A stretch of DNA of 64,000 nt from an uncultured archaeon (lineage in GTDB: Archaea > Thermoproteota > Nitrososphaeria_A > Caldarchaeales > Wolframiiraptoraceae), in contig CALKCF010000002.1 in assembly GCA_938083505.1 (NCBI GenBank), positions 64,001-128,000 of the forward strand. Reading direction: 5' to 3'. Under the pieces are notes generated by a model. It made no database searches and was not told the DNA's origin. It saw nothing but the letters and a program-made list of their open reading frames with translations. Of the stretch, positions 19,083 to 29,378 are shown piece by piece. Made by a program: the position numbers and the translations under genes. Numbering within the stretch: the first letter of the stretch is position 1; every line of letters begins with the position of its first letter.

Positions 19083-19916
19083 TTGGTACGCAAAAGTCAA
19101 CATAAGCAGACCACTTTTGAGATAATAAGCGTCGGAAATGAGTTGCTAATAGGCAAGGTTGTCAACACGAACGCTAGTTGGTTGGCTAAAAGGATTACAG
19201 AGATCGGCGGATTTGTTAGGAGGATTACGGACGTCAGGGATGATCTGTCTGAGATTTCTTCGGCTGTGAAGGAGGCACTAAAGAGGGGTACGAAATGGAT
19301 AATAACGAGCGGTGGCCTCGGGCCAACCTTTGACGATATGACGCTAAGCGGTGTTGCTAAGGCTGTAAAGAGGCCGTTAAAGCTAAACAAGCGAGCCTAT
19401 CAGATGATATTTGAGAAGTACAAGGAGATGTTCGAGCGCGGCATCCTCAAGAGCTTAGACATAACACCAGAGCGAAGGAAGATGGCCGAGCTCCCTACAG
19501 GCGCCATTCCGTTACAGAATCGGGTGGGTACAGCACCGGGTGTGCTTATAAAATTCGGCCGTCAAAGGATAGCTTGCTTACCTGGTGTTCCGGCAGAGTT
19601 AATAGACATTTTTGAAAACGAGTTGCTGCCGATAATTCAAAAATCGATAAAACGCACATACATGGTTGAGAGGGTGTTAATCGTAAAGGACGTTATAGAG
19701 TCTGCGTTAGCGCCAGTGATAAAGGAAGTGATGTCGAGGCATCCTACAATATACATAAAATCGCATCCAAAAGGTAGAGAGTCTGGCGCATCCATAATAG
19801 AGTTGCATCTGACAACAACCACTTCATCACCTGAGAAGATTGAGAAAGAGATGGAACAGGCCGTGCAGGAGCTAAGGGAAAAAGTAGCAGCATTGGGTGG
19901 AATGGCAGAGCAATGA
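19083..19916 (+). CDS. CinA-type molybdopterin-binding (COG1058) protein
   Basis: VGNELLIG, NTNA, SGGLGPTFDDMT, GTAPG, LPGVP.E, YIKSHPKG. Confidence 0.88.
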   Translation: MVRKSQHKQTTFEIISVGNELLIGKVVNTNASWLAKRITEIGGFVRRITDVRDDLSEISSAVKEALKRGTKWIITSGGLGPTFDDMTLSGVAKAVKRPLKLNKRAYQMIFEKYKEMFERGILKSLDITPERRKMAELPTGAIPLQNRVGTAPGVLIKFGRQRIACLPGVPAELIDIFENELLPIIQKSIKRTYMVERVLIVKDVIESALAPVIKEVMSRHPTIYIKSHPKGRESGASIIELHLTTTTSSPEKIEKEMEQAVQELREKVAALGGMAEQ

Positions 19917-21007
19917 ATCTAGATGAACCTACTATTTACGAAAAGTCTGAGGTAAGGGAGTTCTTGGTGCAACTCAGGACAGGGCTGGATGGTTTCTTAG
20001 AATGCATGAGTTCTGCCGAACATATTTCGCTCAACTTGCACCCTAATATAAGCTCTGTGGTGTTCTTAGGGGTCGGTGGCTCAGGAATAGTTGGCGACCT
20101 TTTATCCGATATTACGGCAAAATACAGGGATTTGCCAATCATCTGCCACAAGGACTACTCCTTCCCTTCCTATCTAACGAGGGGCACGCTGGTCGTTGCT
20201 GTCAGCTACTCGGGTAATACTGCTGAGACTCTCTCTGCGATGGTTAAGGCTTACGATGTAGGCTCGCCTATGTTTGCTATTACATCGGGCGGCTTGATGG
20301 AAAAAATTTGTAAGAAGTTAGGGATACCAATAGTCAAGATCAGAACGGGCCTGTTGCCGCGGATGGCCGTCCCTCATATGCTAGGTGCCGCAGTTTCGGT
20401 CTTAGCGAATGTCGGAATCATAAACACATCTTTCAATGAGCTTAGGAATGCCGTTGAGAGGGCGAAACGTACGCAGGAATCTGTGGAGGTTCATGTAGAA
20501 ACTGAATCGAATATAGCAAAGCAGGTTGCAAACAACATATGCAACAAAACGGCGTTCATATACTCTTACGGACCCCTCTCCTCCGTCGGTTATCGTCTAA
20601 AGTGCCAGCTAAATGAGAACGCTAAGATGCTTGCAGTGAACCAATGTTTACCTGAAATTTTACATAACGATATAGAGGGGTGGGATCCGGCGGCAGCTAA
20701 TTGCTTGGCGGCTGTCATGCTAAGGTGTAAAGATGAGCACCCAGCTATAAAAGAAGCGCTGGATAACATGGAGACAATTCTAGGTGAACGTTTCGGTATC
20801 GCTATCTCAAAAATAGTAAGCGAAGGTGACGATGCTACCAAAATCCTCTCCACCATGGTTATATGCGATTACGTAAGCCTCTACGCAGCAATTATGAAAG
20901 GGGTAGACCCTGCGAGGGTCGATAGAATAAAGCTTATGAGGGAGGGCATTGTAAGCAACGCGAAGTTGCTCGAACAAGTTGCGAGGAGGTTTGGAGTCGA
21001 ACATTGA
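19913..21007 (+). CDS. Bifunctional phosphoglucose/phosphomannose isomerase
   Basis: GVGGSG, SYSGNTAET, R.K.QLNENAK, PE..HN.IEG. Confidence 0.9.
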   Translation: MNLDEPTIYEKSEVREFLVQLRTGLDGFLECMSSAEHISLNLHPNISSVVFLGVGGSGIVGDLLSDITAKYRDLPIICHKDYSFPSYLTRGTLVVAVSYSGNTAETLSAMVKAYDVGSPMFAITSGGLMEKICKKLGIPIVKIRTGLLPRMAVPHMLGAAVSVLANVGIINTSFNELRNAVERAKRTQESVEVHVETESNIAKQVANNICNKTAFIYSYGPLSSVGYRLKCQLNENAKMLAVNQCLPEILHNDIEGWDPAAANCLAAVMLRCKDEHPAIKEALDNMETILGERFGIAISKIVSEGDDATKILSTMVICDYVSLYAAIMKGVDPARVDRIKLMREGIVSNAKLLEQVARRFGVEH

Positions 21008-21525
21008 GTATTGGGTGCATCACACTCAATAGGAGAATGCTTCTGGTCACTGTTTCTACGATATTATTGGTGATCGTTCTTCTGTCGGGCTCTTTAGTAA
21101 CTTTAAGTCAGGAGGAGAGTGAAGAAAGGATTCAACAAATTAGTGAGCTTCTTCGTGACATAAACGTTTGGAAGATATTCTTTAACAACTTCCAGATAGC
21201 TTTACTGATGCTCATTCCAGCACTCGGCATACTTGCCGGTGGGTACATCATTTACTCTACAGGGACAGTCTTCGCGGCTTACTCAGCTCAGTCAGGCATA
21301 CCATCCGTGTACCTCGCCGGGCTTGCGGTATTGTCACCATACGGTATTCTAGAATTCTTGGGTTATGGGCTGGCGATGTCCGAAGGGTTGCTGATAATTT
21401 ATGCAAGCTTTAAGAAGAGGCTAAGGTCTGAGGTTAAAGTGCTTCCTTTAATAATTTTGGCGATGGCTGGTTTACTGCTTACGGCAGCAGCTTTGGAGAT
21501 GCTGATGATAGAACTGTATTCTTAA
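21004..21525 (+). CDS. Stage II sporulation protein M (SpoIIM)-family membrane protein
   Basis: IFFNN, PYGILE, AAALE motifs; hydrophobic. Confidence 0.75.
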   Translation: MSIGCITLNRRMLLVTVSTILLVIVLLSGSLVTLSQEESEERIQQISELLRDINVWKIFFNNFQIALLMLIPALGILAGGYIIYSTGTVFAAYSAQSGIPSVYLAGLAVLSPYGILEFLGYGLAMSEGLLIIYASFKKRLRSEVKVLPLIILAMAGLLLTAAALEMLMIELYS

Positions 21526-22241
21526 AAACTCAACAAATTTTTGAATATCACTCCTAGTAGATCTCCATAAAATACGGAGACAACGAAACCGCCGGTTATG
21601 AAGACCAGCAACGGTATGCCGGGGGTGAGCCATGCTTTGTCGCCTTCGACCTGAGGTTCGACATCGATAAAAATGTTGAATGAAAATCTGCGCTTACCAT
21701 CCAAGACACTTTCCATTGGTATCCAGAACTTTTTAGTCTTCACATCCTTACATAACGTTCCAAGGAAGCACGCTAAAGCTTTTCTTGAAATAGGTTCATG
21801 TTCCAAACCATCAAATATTTTATCACCTTTAATCATACGTATGATGTTGTATATCGCAAAACCCATCGGTAAAGCCGCTGATATCAACAAACCGTTCATG
21901 AAAGCGAATATCGCTGTAAAAGGATGTATAGCAGCGGCTGGCCAGTATATGGGCATTATCAAAGAGATAGTGGTCAAGGCTTTTGCATCGGCTCCGCCGT
22001 AGAGCCTGGCATAGTACAGGCCGAAGAACGTAGCGGCACCTAAACCTATCGAAATTAGACCTAAAAAAGTATAGTTAGATAACCCTGCCACCGCAAAGTC
22101 ATACGTTGTTATGATCGCACCAATAAAGCCAAAAACTATCCATAGTTTGTCGCTAACTTCCCTGAACCTTAAGTCGCTATAGGACGCGTAACACATCATC
22201 ACCAGTATCAGAGCTATCCTGATTACCTCTAAATTTAACAT
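21522..22241 (-). CDS. A24-family prepilin/prearchaellin peptidase (PibD/FlaK-like)
   Basis: SYSDLRFREV, GGADAK, W.TPGIP. Confidence 0.88.
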   Translation of the reverse strand: MLNLEVIRIALILVMMCYASYSDLRFREVSDKLWIVFGFIGAIITTYDFAVAGLSNYTFLGLISIGLGAATFFGLYYARLYGGADAKALTTISLIMPIYWPAAAIHPFTAIFAFMNGLLISAALPMGFAIYNIIRMIKGDKIFDGLEHEPISRKALACFLGTLCKDVKTKKFWIPMESVLDGKRRFSFNIFIDVEPQVEGDKAWLTPGIPLLVFITGGFVVSVFYGDLLGVIFKNLLSF

Positions 22242-22259
22242 GATCTTAACTTTCTTTGA

Positions 22260-23510
22260 TTAAGGCCAGTTCCCTAAAGCCTTTACTGCCTCCGCAACCC
22301 TTTTTATTGCAACAGTTATTGCCGCCTGTCGTGCACTCACCTCATACTCTTTGGCAGACCTGAGGACCTCATCGAATGCTTTTATCATCTTCCTCTCCAA
22401 GTTCGCCATGACTTCTTCTACAGACCATTTAGTGCGTGTAAGGTTTTGAACCCACTCGAAGTAACTAACGGTTACACCGCCCGCGCTGGCTAGGATGTCT
22501 GGTACAACGAGGATGCCCTTTTCGAATAAAATCCTATCCGCCTCTGGGGTTATCGGTCCATTGGCCGCTTCTATTATTGCCGAGGCTTTGATGTTATCCG
22601 CATTCTTTGCCGTTATCACATTCTCTATGGCGGCAGGGATTAGAAAGTCGCACTCCAACTCTAGAAGTTCTTCGTTCGTTATATTCTTAGCTTTTCCGTA
22701 GTTTACAACAGAGCCTGTCATTTTTTTGTTCTCTAAAACTTTCTCGACATGTAGTTGTTCGTTAGAGTATATACCACCTTTTGAGTCGCTTACGGCTATG
22801 ATCCTACAACCCATATCTTGAAGCAACTTAGCCGACATGTATCCCACATTACCGAATCCCTGTATGACGACCTTAGCACCTTTTAACGGTTTCCCTAAAT
22901 ATTTACTGACCTCTCTTGTGATAATGGCCACACCCATGCCGGTAGCCTCATTCCTACCTTCACTCCCACCTAAAGCGATGGGCTTACCGGTTACAACCGC
23001 AGGTGCTAGTTCACCTTTTATCTTGCTGTAAGTGTCCATTATCCAGGCCATTATCTGGGCATCTGTGTAAATATCAGGTGCAGGTATGTCCAAGTAGGGA
23101 CCTATGATGTTCGCTATTGCCATTGTATATCTCCTGGTGAGCCTTTCGAGCTCTGCCTGGCTCATACCTTTTGGATCACACCTTATACCTCCCTTTGCTC
23201 CACCGAACGGTATGTCCACTACAGCACACTTCCAAGTCATCAGCATGGCCAATGCCGTAACTTCCTCAAGGGTTACGTCCGGATGATACCTTATGCCACC
23301 TTTATACGGCCCCCTTGCAGAATTGTGTTGAACTCTATACCCAGTGAAAACCCTGAGTTCACCGTTGTCCATTCTACAGGGCAGAGATACCGTAACGGTG
23401 CGCTCAGGCTTCCTTAGAACGTCGCACAAGTCATGGCTTAAACCTATTGCTTGCGCCGCTTCATCAAACTGCCTTATCATGTATGACAAGAAGGACATGT
23501 TTGACATCAT
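22260..23510 (-). CDS. gdhA: Glutamate dehydrogenase
   Basis: GPYKGGIRYHP, MTWK, GGAKGG, DIPAPD, GR.EATG, GGVTVSYFEWVQN. Confidence 0.92.
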   Translation of the reverse strand: MMSNMSFLSYMIRQFDEAAQAIGLSHDLCDVLRKPERTVTVSLPCRMDNGELRVFTGYRVQHNSARGPYKGGIRYHPDVTLEEVTALAMLMTWKCAVVDIPFGGAKGGIRCDPKGMSQAELERLTRRYTMAIANIIGPYLDIPAPDIYTDAQIMAWIMDTYSKIKGELAPAVVTGKPIALGGSEGRNEATGMGVAIITREVSKYLGKPLKGAKVVIQGFGNVGYMSAKLLQDMGCRIIAVSDSKGGIYSNEQLHVEKVLENKKMTGSVVNYGKAKNITNEELLELECDFLIPAAIENVITAKNADNIKASAIIEAANGPITPEADRILFEKGILVVPDILASAGGVTVSYFEWVQNLTRTKWSVEEVMANLERKMIKAFDEVLRSAKEYEVSARQAAITVAIKRVAEAVKALGNWP

Positions 23511-23588
23511 GTTTAGAAAATTTTTGGTAAATTGTTGATATAAATACTTTTCGTAAATTTTCTCATCAGTAAAAGAATTCTAAAACGT

Positions 23589-24848
23589 TCATAAATCCTC
23601 GATCCTCCACATATATTCTTCGAACTCTTCACGAGCGTATGCTTCTGTAGCGACGTCTATGTTGCCCTCTCTTAACAGCATTGCTTTTTTGACCCTTCTT
23701 TTTGCTACCTTTTCAGCAACACTTCTAGGCGAACTGTTTGAGTGGGCTGACTCTATTAGAACCCTCTTTACGTTGGTAGTTATTTTATACTTGATCAACT
23801 CAAACGCTTGCACCTCAGTTCCGCCTATATACTCGACATAAGAACCGATGACTCCGCCTGCGTTAACGAGAAAGTCTGGTATTATCCATACACCTTTTTC
23901 CCGCAATATCTCTTCTGCACCTTTCGTCGTTGGTATGTTTGCTGCCTCAACAACTATCCTCACTTTAGATGAGGCAAGGATGCTTACGTTTTGCTCGTTT
24001 ATCGTGTACGAAGAAGCAGCAGGTATGAATATGTCCGCTTCTTTCTCAAATATCTTATCTCTAGGCTCTTTTATTCCAATCTTTAAATCGCTAAGCATGG
24101 GGGCTTTCGTTTTTGTTCTTAAGAACTTCAGCTCCTCCATTATTTCTGGTATGTCCAAACCATTTGGGTCACATATGCAAGCTGAGGCATCATTTATAGC
24201 GATAACTTTGTACCCCATCTCGTCAAGGAACTTTGCTGTGAACGAGCCCACGTTGCCGAAACCTTGTATTGCGACCCTGGCCTCCTTTGGTTCTATGTTC
24301 AATATGTTTAACTTGTTCAGAATCTTGACCGACAGGTCTGTTGCAATTGCCACACCGTAGCCTGTGGTACCGAGCTCATGCGGTATGCCTCCCAACTCTG
24401 TAGGCTTGCCAGTGCACGCCCTCATGTCACCTATCTCATGCGCGAATACGGCCATATCCATCTCCGTCGTTCCCATATCTGTAGCCGCTATGTATTGCAA
24501 CGGCACGTATGGTTTAATGGCCTTTGCAAATGCCCTAACCCATGCTACCCTATCAACTTCTAAAGGGTTGCCCCTGATGCCTCCCTTTGCTCCGCCGAAT
24601 GGCAGCCCGGCCATGGCACACTTCCAGGTCATGACCCTTGCAAGTAAGAAAATCTCCTTAGGCGTTACCGTTGGTTGGAACCTTATCCCACCTTTTCCTG
24701 GACCCATGGCCGTGTTATCTATTACCAAGACACCTTGCATCTTTGTATGGGGGTCGTAAACTTGTATGACCTTTTCTGGCCCCCATTCGTCAGCTAAGTC
24801 CCAAGCATCAAAATCCTTTCTAAAAGACTGAGCTGACATTATTCTCAC
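23589..24848 (-). CDS. Second Glu/Leu/Phe/Val dehydrogenase family protein
   Basis: GPGKGGIRF, MTWK, GGAKGG, QGFGNVG, EAAN, PDFLVNAGGV. Confidence 0.88.
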   Translation of the reverse strand: MRIMSAQSFRKDFDAWDLADEWGPEKVIQVYDPHTKMQGVLVIDNTAMGPGKGGIRFQPTVTPKEIFLLARVMTWKCAMAGLPFGGAKGGIRGNPLEVDRVAWVRAFAKAIKPYVPLQYIAATDMGTTEMDMAVFAHEIGDMRACTGKPTELGGIPHELGTTGYGVAIATDLSVKILNKLNILNIEPKEARVAIQGFGNVGSFTAKFLDEMGYKVIAINDASACICDPNGLDIPEIMEELKFLRTKTKAPMLSDLKIGIKEPRDKIFEKEADIFIPAASSYTINEQNVSILASSKVRIVVEAANIPTTKGAEEILREKGVWIIPDFLVNAGGVIGSYVEYIGGTEVQAFELIKYKITTNVKRVLIESAHSNSSPRSVAEKVAKRRVKKAMLLREGNIDVATEAYAREEFEEYMWRIEDL

Positions 24849-25195
24849 CTCCTCACAATCTCAGAAGGTTTTCTCAGAAATTTTCATATTCTGTATTCCC
24901 CTCTTCTTGTTAAGAGAGGATCTTAAAATTTTCAATGGAGTGTACAAATTGCTAATCCCATCTATTATTTTCTTCAGCATAAACTTATTAATATTTTCTG
25001 TACAACCCTACTGCTGCACGTATAATATTGGAGCAAATCTCTTCGTCACTCCTTTAACGTTATGCTACATAATACGCTATATAAATAACATAATTCTTCT
25101 CCATGTTATGTTAGCGTGAACGTTTCACGAACATCTTGCGGGTTTTTAATACTATAGCGAAATTTTATATAGGGATGCCTGAGTTTGGTTAAAGG

Positions 25196-27025
25196 ATGTC
25201 TACATTTGCTCATAGATTCAGGGGCAGGGATTTTGTACCAACAATCTCCCAAAGATCGCTCTTAGAAAAGCTCGATAAGGGTTACGCCAAATTGGCTAGG
25301 CTCGATCAGAGACTGCTACCTTTATCACATGAATCCGTGCCAGAGCCCACAATATACGTTAACGGTAAACCAGCGTCCGTGCTCAGTATAAGTTCCGAGC
25401 TGAAGCTTGGAGAGGATGCTCAATCTGAGAAATTTTCTGTCATCCGATGGATGACAGAGTTCGTCTCAGGACTTTATGGACCGTTCAGGATGAGCAAGCT
25501 AATAACAGATAAAGATGGTTTAAAGTATTTGGCAAGCGATGTCAGGACGATTCTAAAGAAAGTAGGATTAGCGCATCCAATAGCCCAGCTCATGGCTGGT
25601 GCTGGTTTAACCATGTCGAAGACTGTGGGTGATGGAGCCGTGTATACTATAATCCTAGGTGGCAAGATTTTAGAAAGATGTCTAGAGCTCATGCTGAAAG
25701 GTCTTAACGTATCGACAATACTCGACGGGCTTTTGGATGTGCTTAACCAAAGCCTACGTATAGTGGAGCACCTTTCAATTGATATTTCATCTCAACGCGA
25801 AAGGATGCTAACTCTAGTTATGAAGACTAGTGTGATGAACAGATTGCCTGAACATGTTCAGCACAAATTTGTAAACATCCTACAAAAAGTGATGGAAATT
25901 GTAGGGATGGAGGAATTAACGTCTGTTGATGTAAATAAGGTACTCGACGTTAAAGCCATTGAGAGCGGAACGTTAGAGGATTCATTCGTCTTGGACGGTG
26001 TTGCCGTTTTCAAAGAAATGGCTCATCCAGATATGCCGAAAAGGATAGAGAACACAAAAGTCGCTGTGCTTAAAGATGAACTGAGAGTGCATGAAAGGAT
26101 TGGACGTCACCTAAACTATTCATTAGAACTCGGTGATGTGGGCTTAAAGGATTTGCTAGAAGATAAAAATGCATATATCTCTGATCTGGTTAAAAAAATC
26201 ACGGACCTGAATGTTGGCTTCCTCGTCGTCGAAAAAGGGGCGGACCCAATTGCCATTGAAAAGCTCGCAAATGCAGGAATAGCCACCATATATGGGCTCC
26301 CGCACCCGGAAGTGGAGTTGATAGCCAGGGCAGTTAACGCAATACCAACAAAAATGACGCTGCTGGAAGCATCAGACCTTGGGTGGGCAGGAATCGTAGA
26401 GCAGGTTGAATTTGACGAGAAAAAGGTAATACTTATCCATAAATGCAAAAGACCCAGAAGCGTTACCGTCCTGCTTAGAGGTGTAACAAATATGCTACAA
26501 AGTGATGTGGAGAGGTGCATCAAGCATTCTCTTCCAGTTTTCTCCATCATTAAAGAATGTTGTAAGGTTGTCTATGGCGGCGGTGCCTCTGATTTAGAGT
26601 TATCATTGCGCCTTAAGGAATATGCCGAGAGCATTTCAGATAAGAGGCAGCTGGTCGTTAAAGCTGTAGCGGATGCATTTGAGGATGTAGTATCGGTCTT
26701 GTCCAGGAACTTAGGTCAAGATTCTGTAGAGGTATTAAGCAAGCTGAAGTCAGAACATGTGTCTGGAAAAGTTGATGCATGTGTTAACTTTGAAGGTAGT
26801 ATTGGAAACGCTAAAGAGTTAGGCTTATACGAGTTATCTGCTGTTAAGCAGCAGGCTATTAAGACTGCCTTCGAGCTTGCTTACACTATCCTCAGAATAG
26901 ATGGCATAATAACCGGCAGAAAATTGTCAGAATCTGAGTATTACTATGTGAAAAGGACTAAAGGAACTTCCCCAGAAAGACTGAGTGAGCTTAAGAAAGA
27001 ATACGGCCTCGAGAGTTTAGAATGA
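25196..27025 (+). CDS. Divergent group II chaperonin (thermosome/TCP-1) paralog
   Basis: GLYGP..MSKL, HPIA, VGDGA, HPDMPKRIEN, TVLLRG, YGGGA, ILRID. Confidence 0.85.
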   Translation: MSTFAHRFRGRDFVPTISQRSLLEKLDKGYAKLARLDQRLLPLSHESVPEPTIYVNGKPASVLSISSELKLGEDAQSEKFSVIRWMTEFVSGLYGPFRMSKLITDKDGLKYLASDVRTILKKVGLAHPIAQLMAGAGLTMSKTVGDGAVYTIILGGKILERCLELMLKGLNVSTILDGLLDVLNQSLRIVEHLSIDISSQRERMLTLVMKTSVMNRLPEHVQHKFVNILQKVMEIVGMEELTSVDVNKVLDVKAIESGTLEDSFVLDGVAVFKEMAHPDMPKRIENTKVAVLKDELRVHERIGRHLNYSLELGDVGLKDLLEDKNAYISDLVKKITDLNVGFLVVEKGADPIAIEKLANAGIATIYGLPHPEVELIARAVNAIPTKMTLLEASDLGWAGIVEQVEFDEKKVILIHKCKRPRSVTVLLRGVTNMLQSDVERCIKHSLPVFSIIKECCKVVYGGGASDLELSLRLKEYAESISDKRQLVVKAVADAFEDVVSVLSRNLGQDSVEVLSKLKSEHVSGKVDACVNFEGSIGNAKELGLYELSAVKQQAIKTAFELAYTILRIDGIITGRKLSESEYYYVKRTKGTSPERLSELKKEYGLESLE

Positions 27026-27054
27026 AAGAAAAAATAAAAAATGTTTGTAATATT

Positions 27055-28476
27055 TTACACCGGAAGCGCAGCCTTTAACTCCTCAAACTTTCTCACGTAA
27101 TACTCGTTGTTGTCAGGAAGATCTGGTGACAGGAAATACCTTGTCATCTTCTGTTTATCCTCTACGGAGCCAAGGTCCCTGACATTACCTCTCGGATGCG
27201 GCGTGCCCTCTCTGGGCGGCTCACCTGTCCAGAAATGCTTAAAGTATACATCAGGTAGGAAGAGGGCATTCTGTAACCTTTCTGGTACTGTTGCAAATTC
27301 TGGTCTATCTGGCCATATAACCCTCATTACCTCCTCTATCGGCAGGTAAGTGCTCTTGCCCTCGTAGAACCAACCATAGAACTCGTCTCCCATGGCATTC
27401 TTATAATCCTCCCAAGCCCATGCGGGCGTCGGATATCCTTGCCTAGTGTAAAGCATCTGTGTGAAAAGCTCAAGGTGCCAGTTGAGTAGCCTTATACCTT
27501 CTTCTGCAACCTCAGGTGAGACTAAGGAGGATACATAGCCGGAGTTGTACCAGAAGAATGGACCGTGCTGTAAAGCTGCGTAGTACGCAGGTGTCCCAGC
27601 TTTTCTCGTATCAAAGCACACTGGCTGCCATGTGCTGGCCAGCCATATTTCCCTAGTTGAGAATAGCGTAACTATATCCCCGTAGGAGAACCAAAACGTC
27701 TTTATGAATCCTTGCTTAACATACGGTAGGAGGTAGTTAAAAACGGCATCGACTTCTTGCTTGGTTAGATTAGTTATGGCACCTGAAAAAGTCATCTGCT
27801 CGGTTGCCTCTAGATAGTTTGCAGTCTCGCTAAATACCGTGAAACCTTCGTCCTGCATTCCAGTCCTTCCTTTCCATTCTGGGTTCCAAAGTTCTGAGTA
27901 AGCCAGCGTTCTTTTAGTACCGCCACGCTCATCATAAGGTATGAATTCTGGAAGGTATGTTACGGAGTCGAAGTTCCACATGACTGGGACGGCGACGAGG
28001 GACTTTCCAGGTTCCTTCCAAAGCAGGTAATTGAACCTCTCTGCCTGTGCTGGCTTAAAGTATTTCTCAACATGATAGAACATTTCTAAGACTTTATCTT
28101 CTCTCCACCTAGGCACTTTCTCAACGGGTATTGTCCTAGCTAAACCCTCTGCTATGATAGGCCTGTATCTTCCAGAAGCGGCCACGTCCCATGCGGCGGG
28201 GTTAGCCAGTTGCTTCTGAGTCATAACGAAGAAGTCTAGATAAGTCGTTTCAACATCTATGCCCGTTAGCTTTTCATACTCCCTCTCAGCCTCAGGCGGG
28301 AAATAGAACGGATGTGTTGAGTACCTAATTTTTGACGGTTTTGTCACAGTCGGTGTTGGTGTCGGTGTTGGTGGGGCGCTCGTATAGACATAGTACGCCA
28401 ACCCACCGACAATGGCAGCGGCAGCAATTCCTCCAACAGCAGCCAAGAATTTCCTTCTAGAAATTTTTTCCGACAT
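27055..28476 (-). CDS. ABC transporter substrate-binding protein (PotD/PotF-like) with Tat signal
   Basis: SRRKFL twin-arginine signal, PT-rich linker, ELWNPEWKGR; last gene of ABC operon. Confidence 0.8.
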   Translation of the reverse strand: MSEKISRRKFLAAVGGIAAAAIVGGLAYYVYTSAPPTPTPTPTVTKPSKIRYSTHPFYFPPEAEREYEKLTGIDVETTYLDFFVMTQKQLANPAAWDVAASGRYRPIIAEGLARTIPVEKVPRWREDKVLEMFYHVEKYFKPAQAERFNYLLWKEPGKSLVAVPVMWNFDSVTYLPEFIPYDERGGTKRTLAYSELWNPEWKGRTGMQDEGFTVFSETANYLEATEQMTFSGAITNLTKQEVDAVFNYLLPYVKQGFIKTFWFSYGDIVTLFSTREIWLASTWQPVCFDTRKAGTPAYYAALQHGPFFWYNSGYVSSLVSPEVAEEGIRLLNWHLELFTQMLYTRQGYPTPAWAWEDYKNAMGDEFYGWFYEGKSTYLPIEEVMRVIWPDRPEFATVPERLQNALFLPDVYFKHFWTGEPPREGTPHPRGNVRDLGSVEDKQKMTRYFLSPDLPDNNEYYVRKFEELKAALPV

Positions 28477-28552
28477 TGTTGATTACTTTTTTTCAAGTTG
28501 TATTTAAATTTTTTAACGAATAATTGTTTGTAAATATAAACATAATTTCCGT

Positions 28553-29374
28553 TTAACGGACTCTTCTAGACATTATATAAGCGAATATTGCTAAGCCTAT
28601 GAATGCTATTATTGCAATCAGTGTACCGGCAGCAAACCACTTCGGGGTTATCGGGTTTATTGATAGCTCGTTTTTAATATAGGTTGCTAAAGTACCCGTA
28701 CCTTTCATGACGAACTGTGTTCTGATCACCTCACCCCACGAGAGTAGGAAGCCTATTATCGCTGCCGATATTACCTCGAATATTATCAAAGGTAGCGTTA
28801 TACGTCTGAATACGTTGAGGGGGCTTGCTTTTAATACGCTAGCTGCATACTCGTATGTGGCCAGGTCGGGATCGAATCTTGACATCATAAGTATGAGGCC
28901 GAAGGGTACCGTGTAAACCGTAAGAACTGCTGCAACTGCCAGAAGGGACGATTCAATGCCGAAAAGTCTAAACATGAAGGCTACGCCTAAGCCAAGCGCA
29001 ACACCAGGAACTATGAAGCCTAAAATGAACAGGTAGAATAGCAGGTCCCTGCCCACTATTCTCTTCCTAAGAGCTAATGCTGTCGTAGTAACTAAGAGGC
29101 ACGTCAGTAGTGCAGTGAGGATTGATACAAATAACGAGTTGTTTAAGGCTGTAAAGAAATTATTGTCATGCAGTATTGAGATGTATGCAGAGTACTCGTA
29201 ACCGGTCGGTGGTTTTATGTACCAATCCCATGTAAGGCCCTCTATCGGAAAGCTTATTTTAGCGCCGCTCTTGAAGGATAGGGCTATCATGAAGAATACC
29301 GGAAGGTATATAAAAAGTATAATTAAGGCGATGTAAACTTTTGCTAACCTATCTCCCCATCCCATTTCCAACAC
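28553..29374 (-). CDS. ABC permease (PotC-like)
   Basis: FIYLP, EAA-loop variant EYAASVLKAS, ITLPL. Confidence 0.88.
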   Translation of the reverse strand: MLEMGWGDRLAKVYIALIILFIYLPVFFMIALSFKSGAKISFPIEGLTWDWYIKPPTGYEYSAYISILHDNNFFTALNNSLFVSILTALLTCLLVTTTALALRKRIVGRDLLFYLFILGFIVPGVALGLGVAFMFRLFGIESSLLAVAAVLTVYTVPFGLILMMSRFDPDLATYEYAASVLKASPLNVFRRITLPLIIFEVISAAIIGFLLSWGEVIRTQFVMKGTGTLATYIKNELSINPITPKWFAAGTLIAIIAFIGLAIFAYIMSRRVR

Positions 29375-29378
29375 CTCG

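Noticed and set aside
24907-25119. Short ORFs in the gdh-chaperonin spacer
   Set aside because: AT-rich, no motif, no clear RBS
28345-28378. GGTGTT/GGTGTC tandem repeat
   Set aside because: Encodes the ordinary PTPTPT linker of the binding protein
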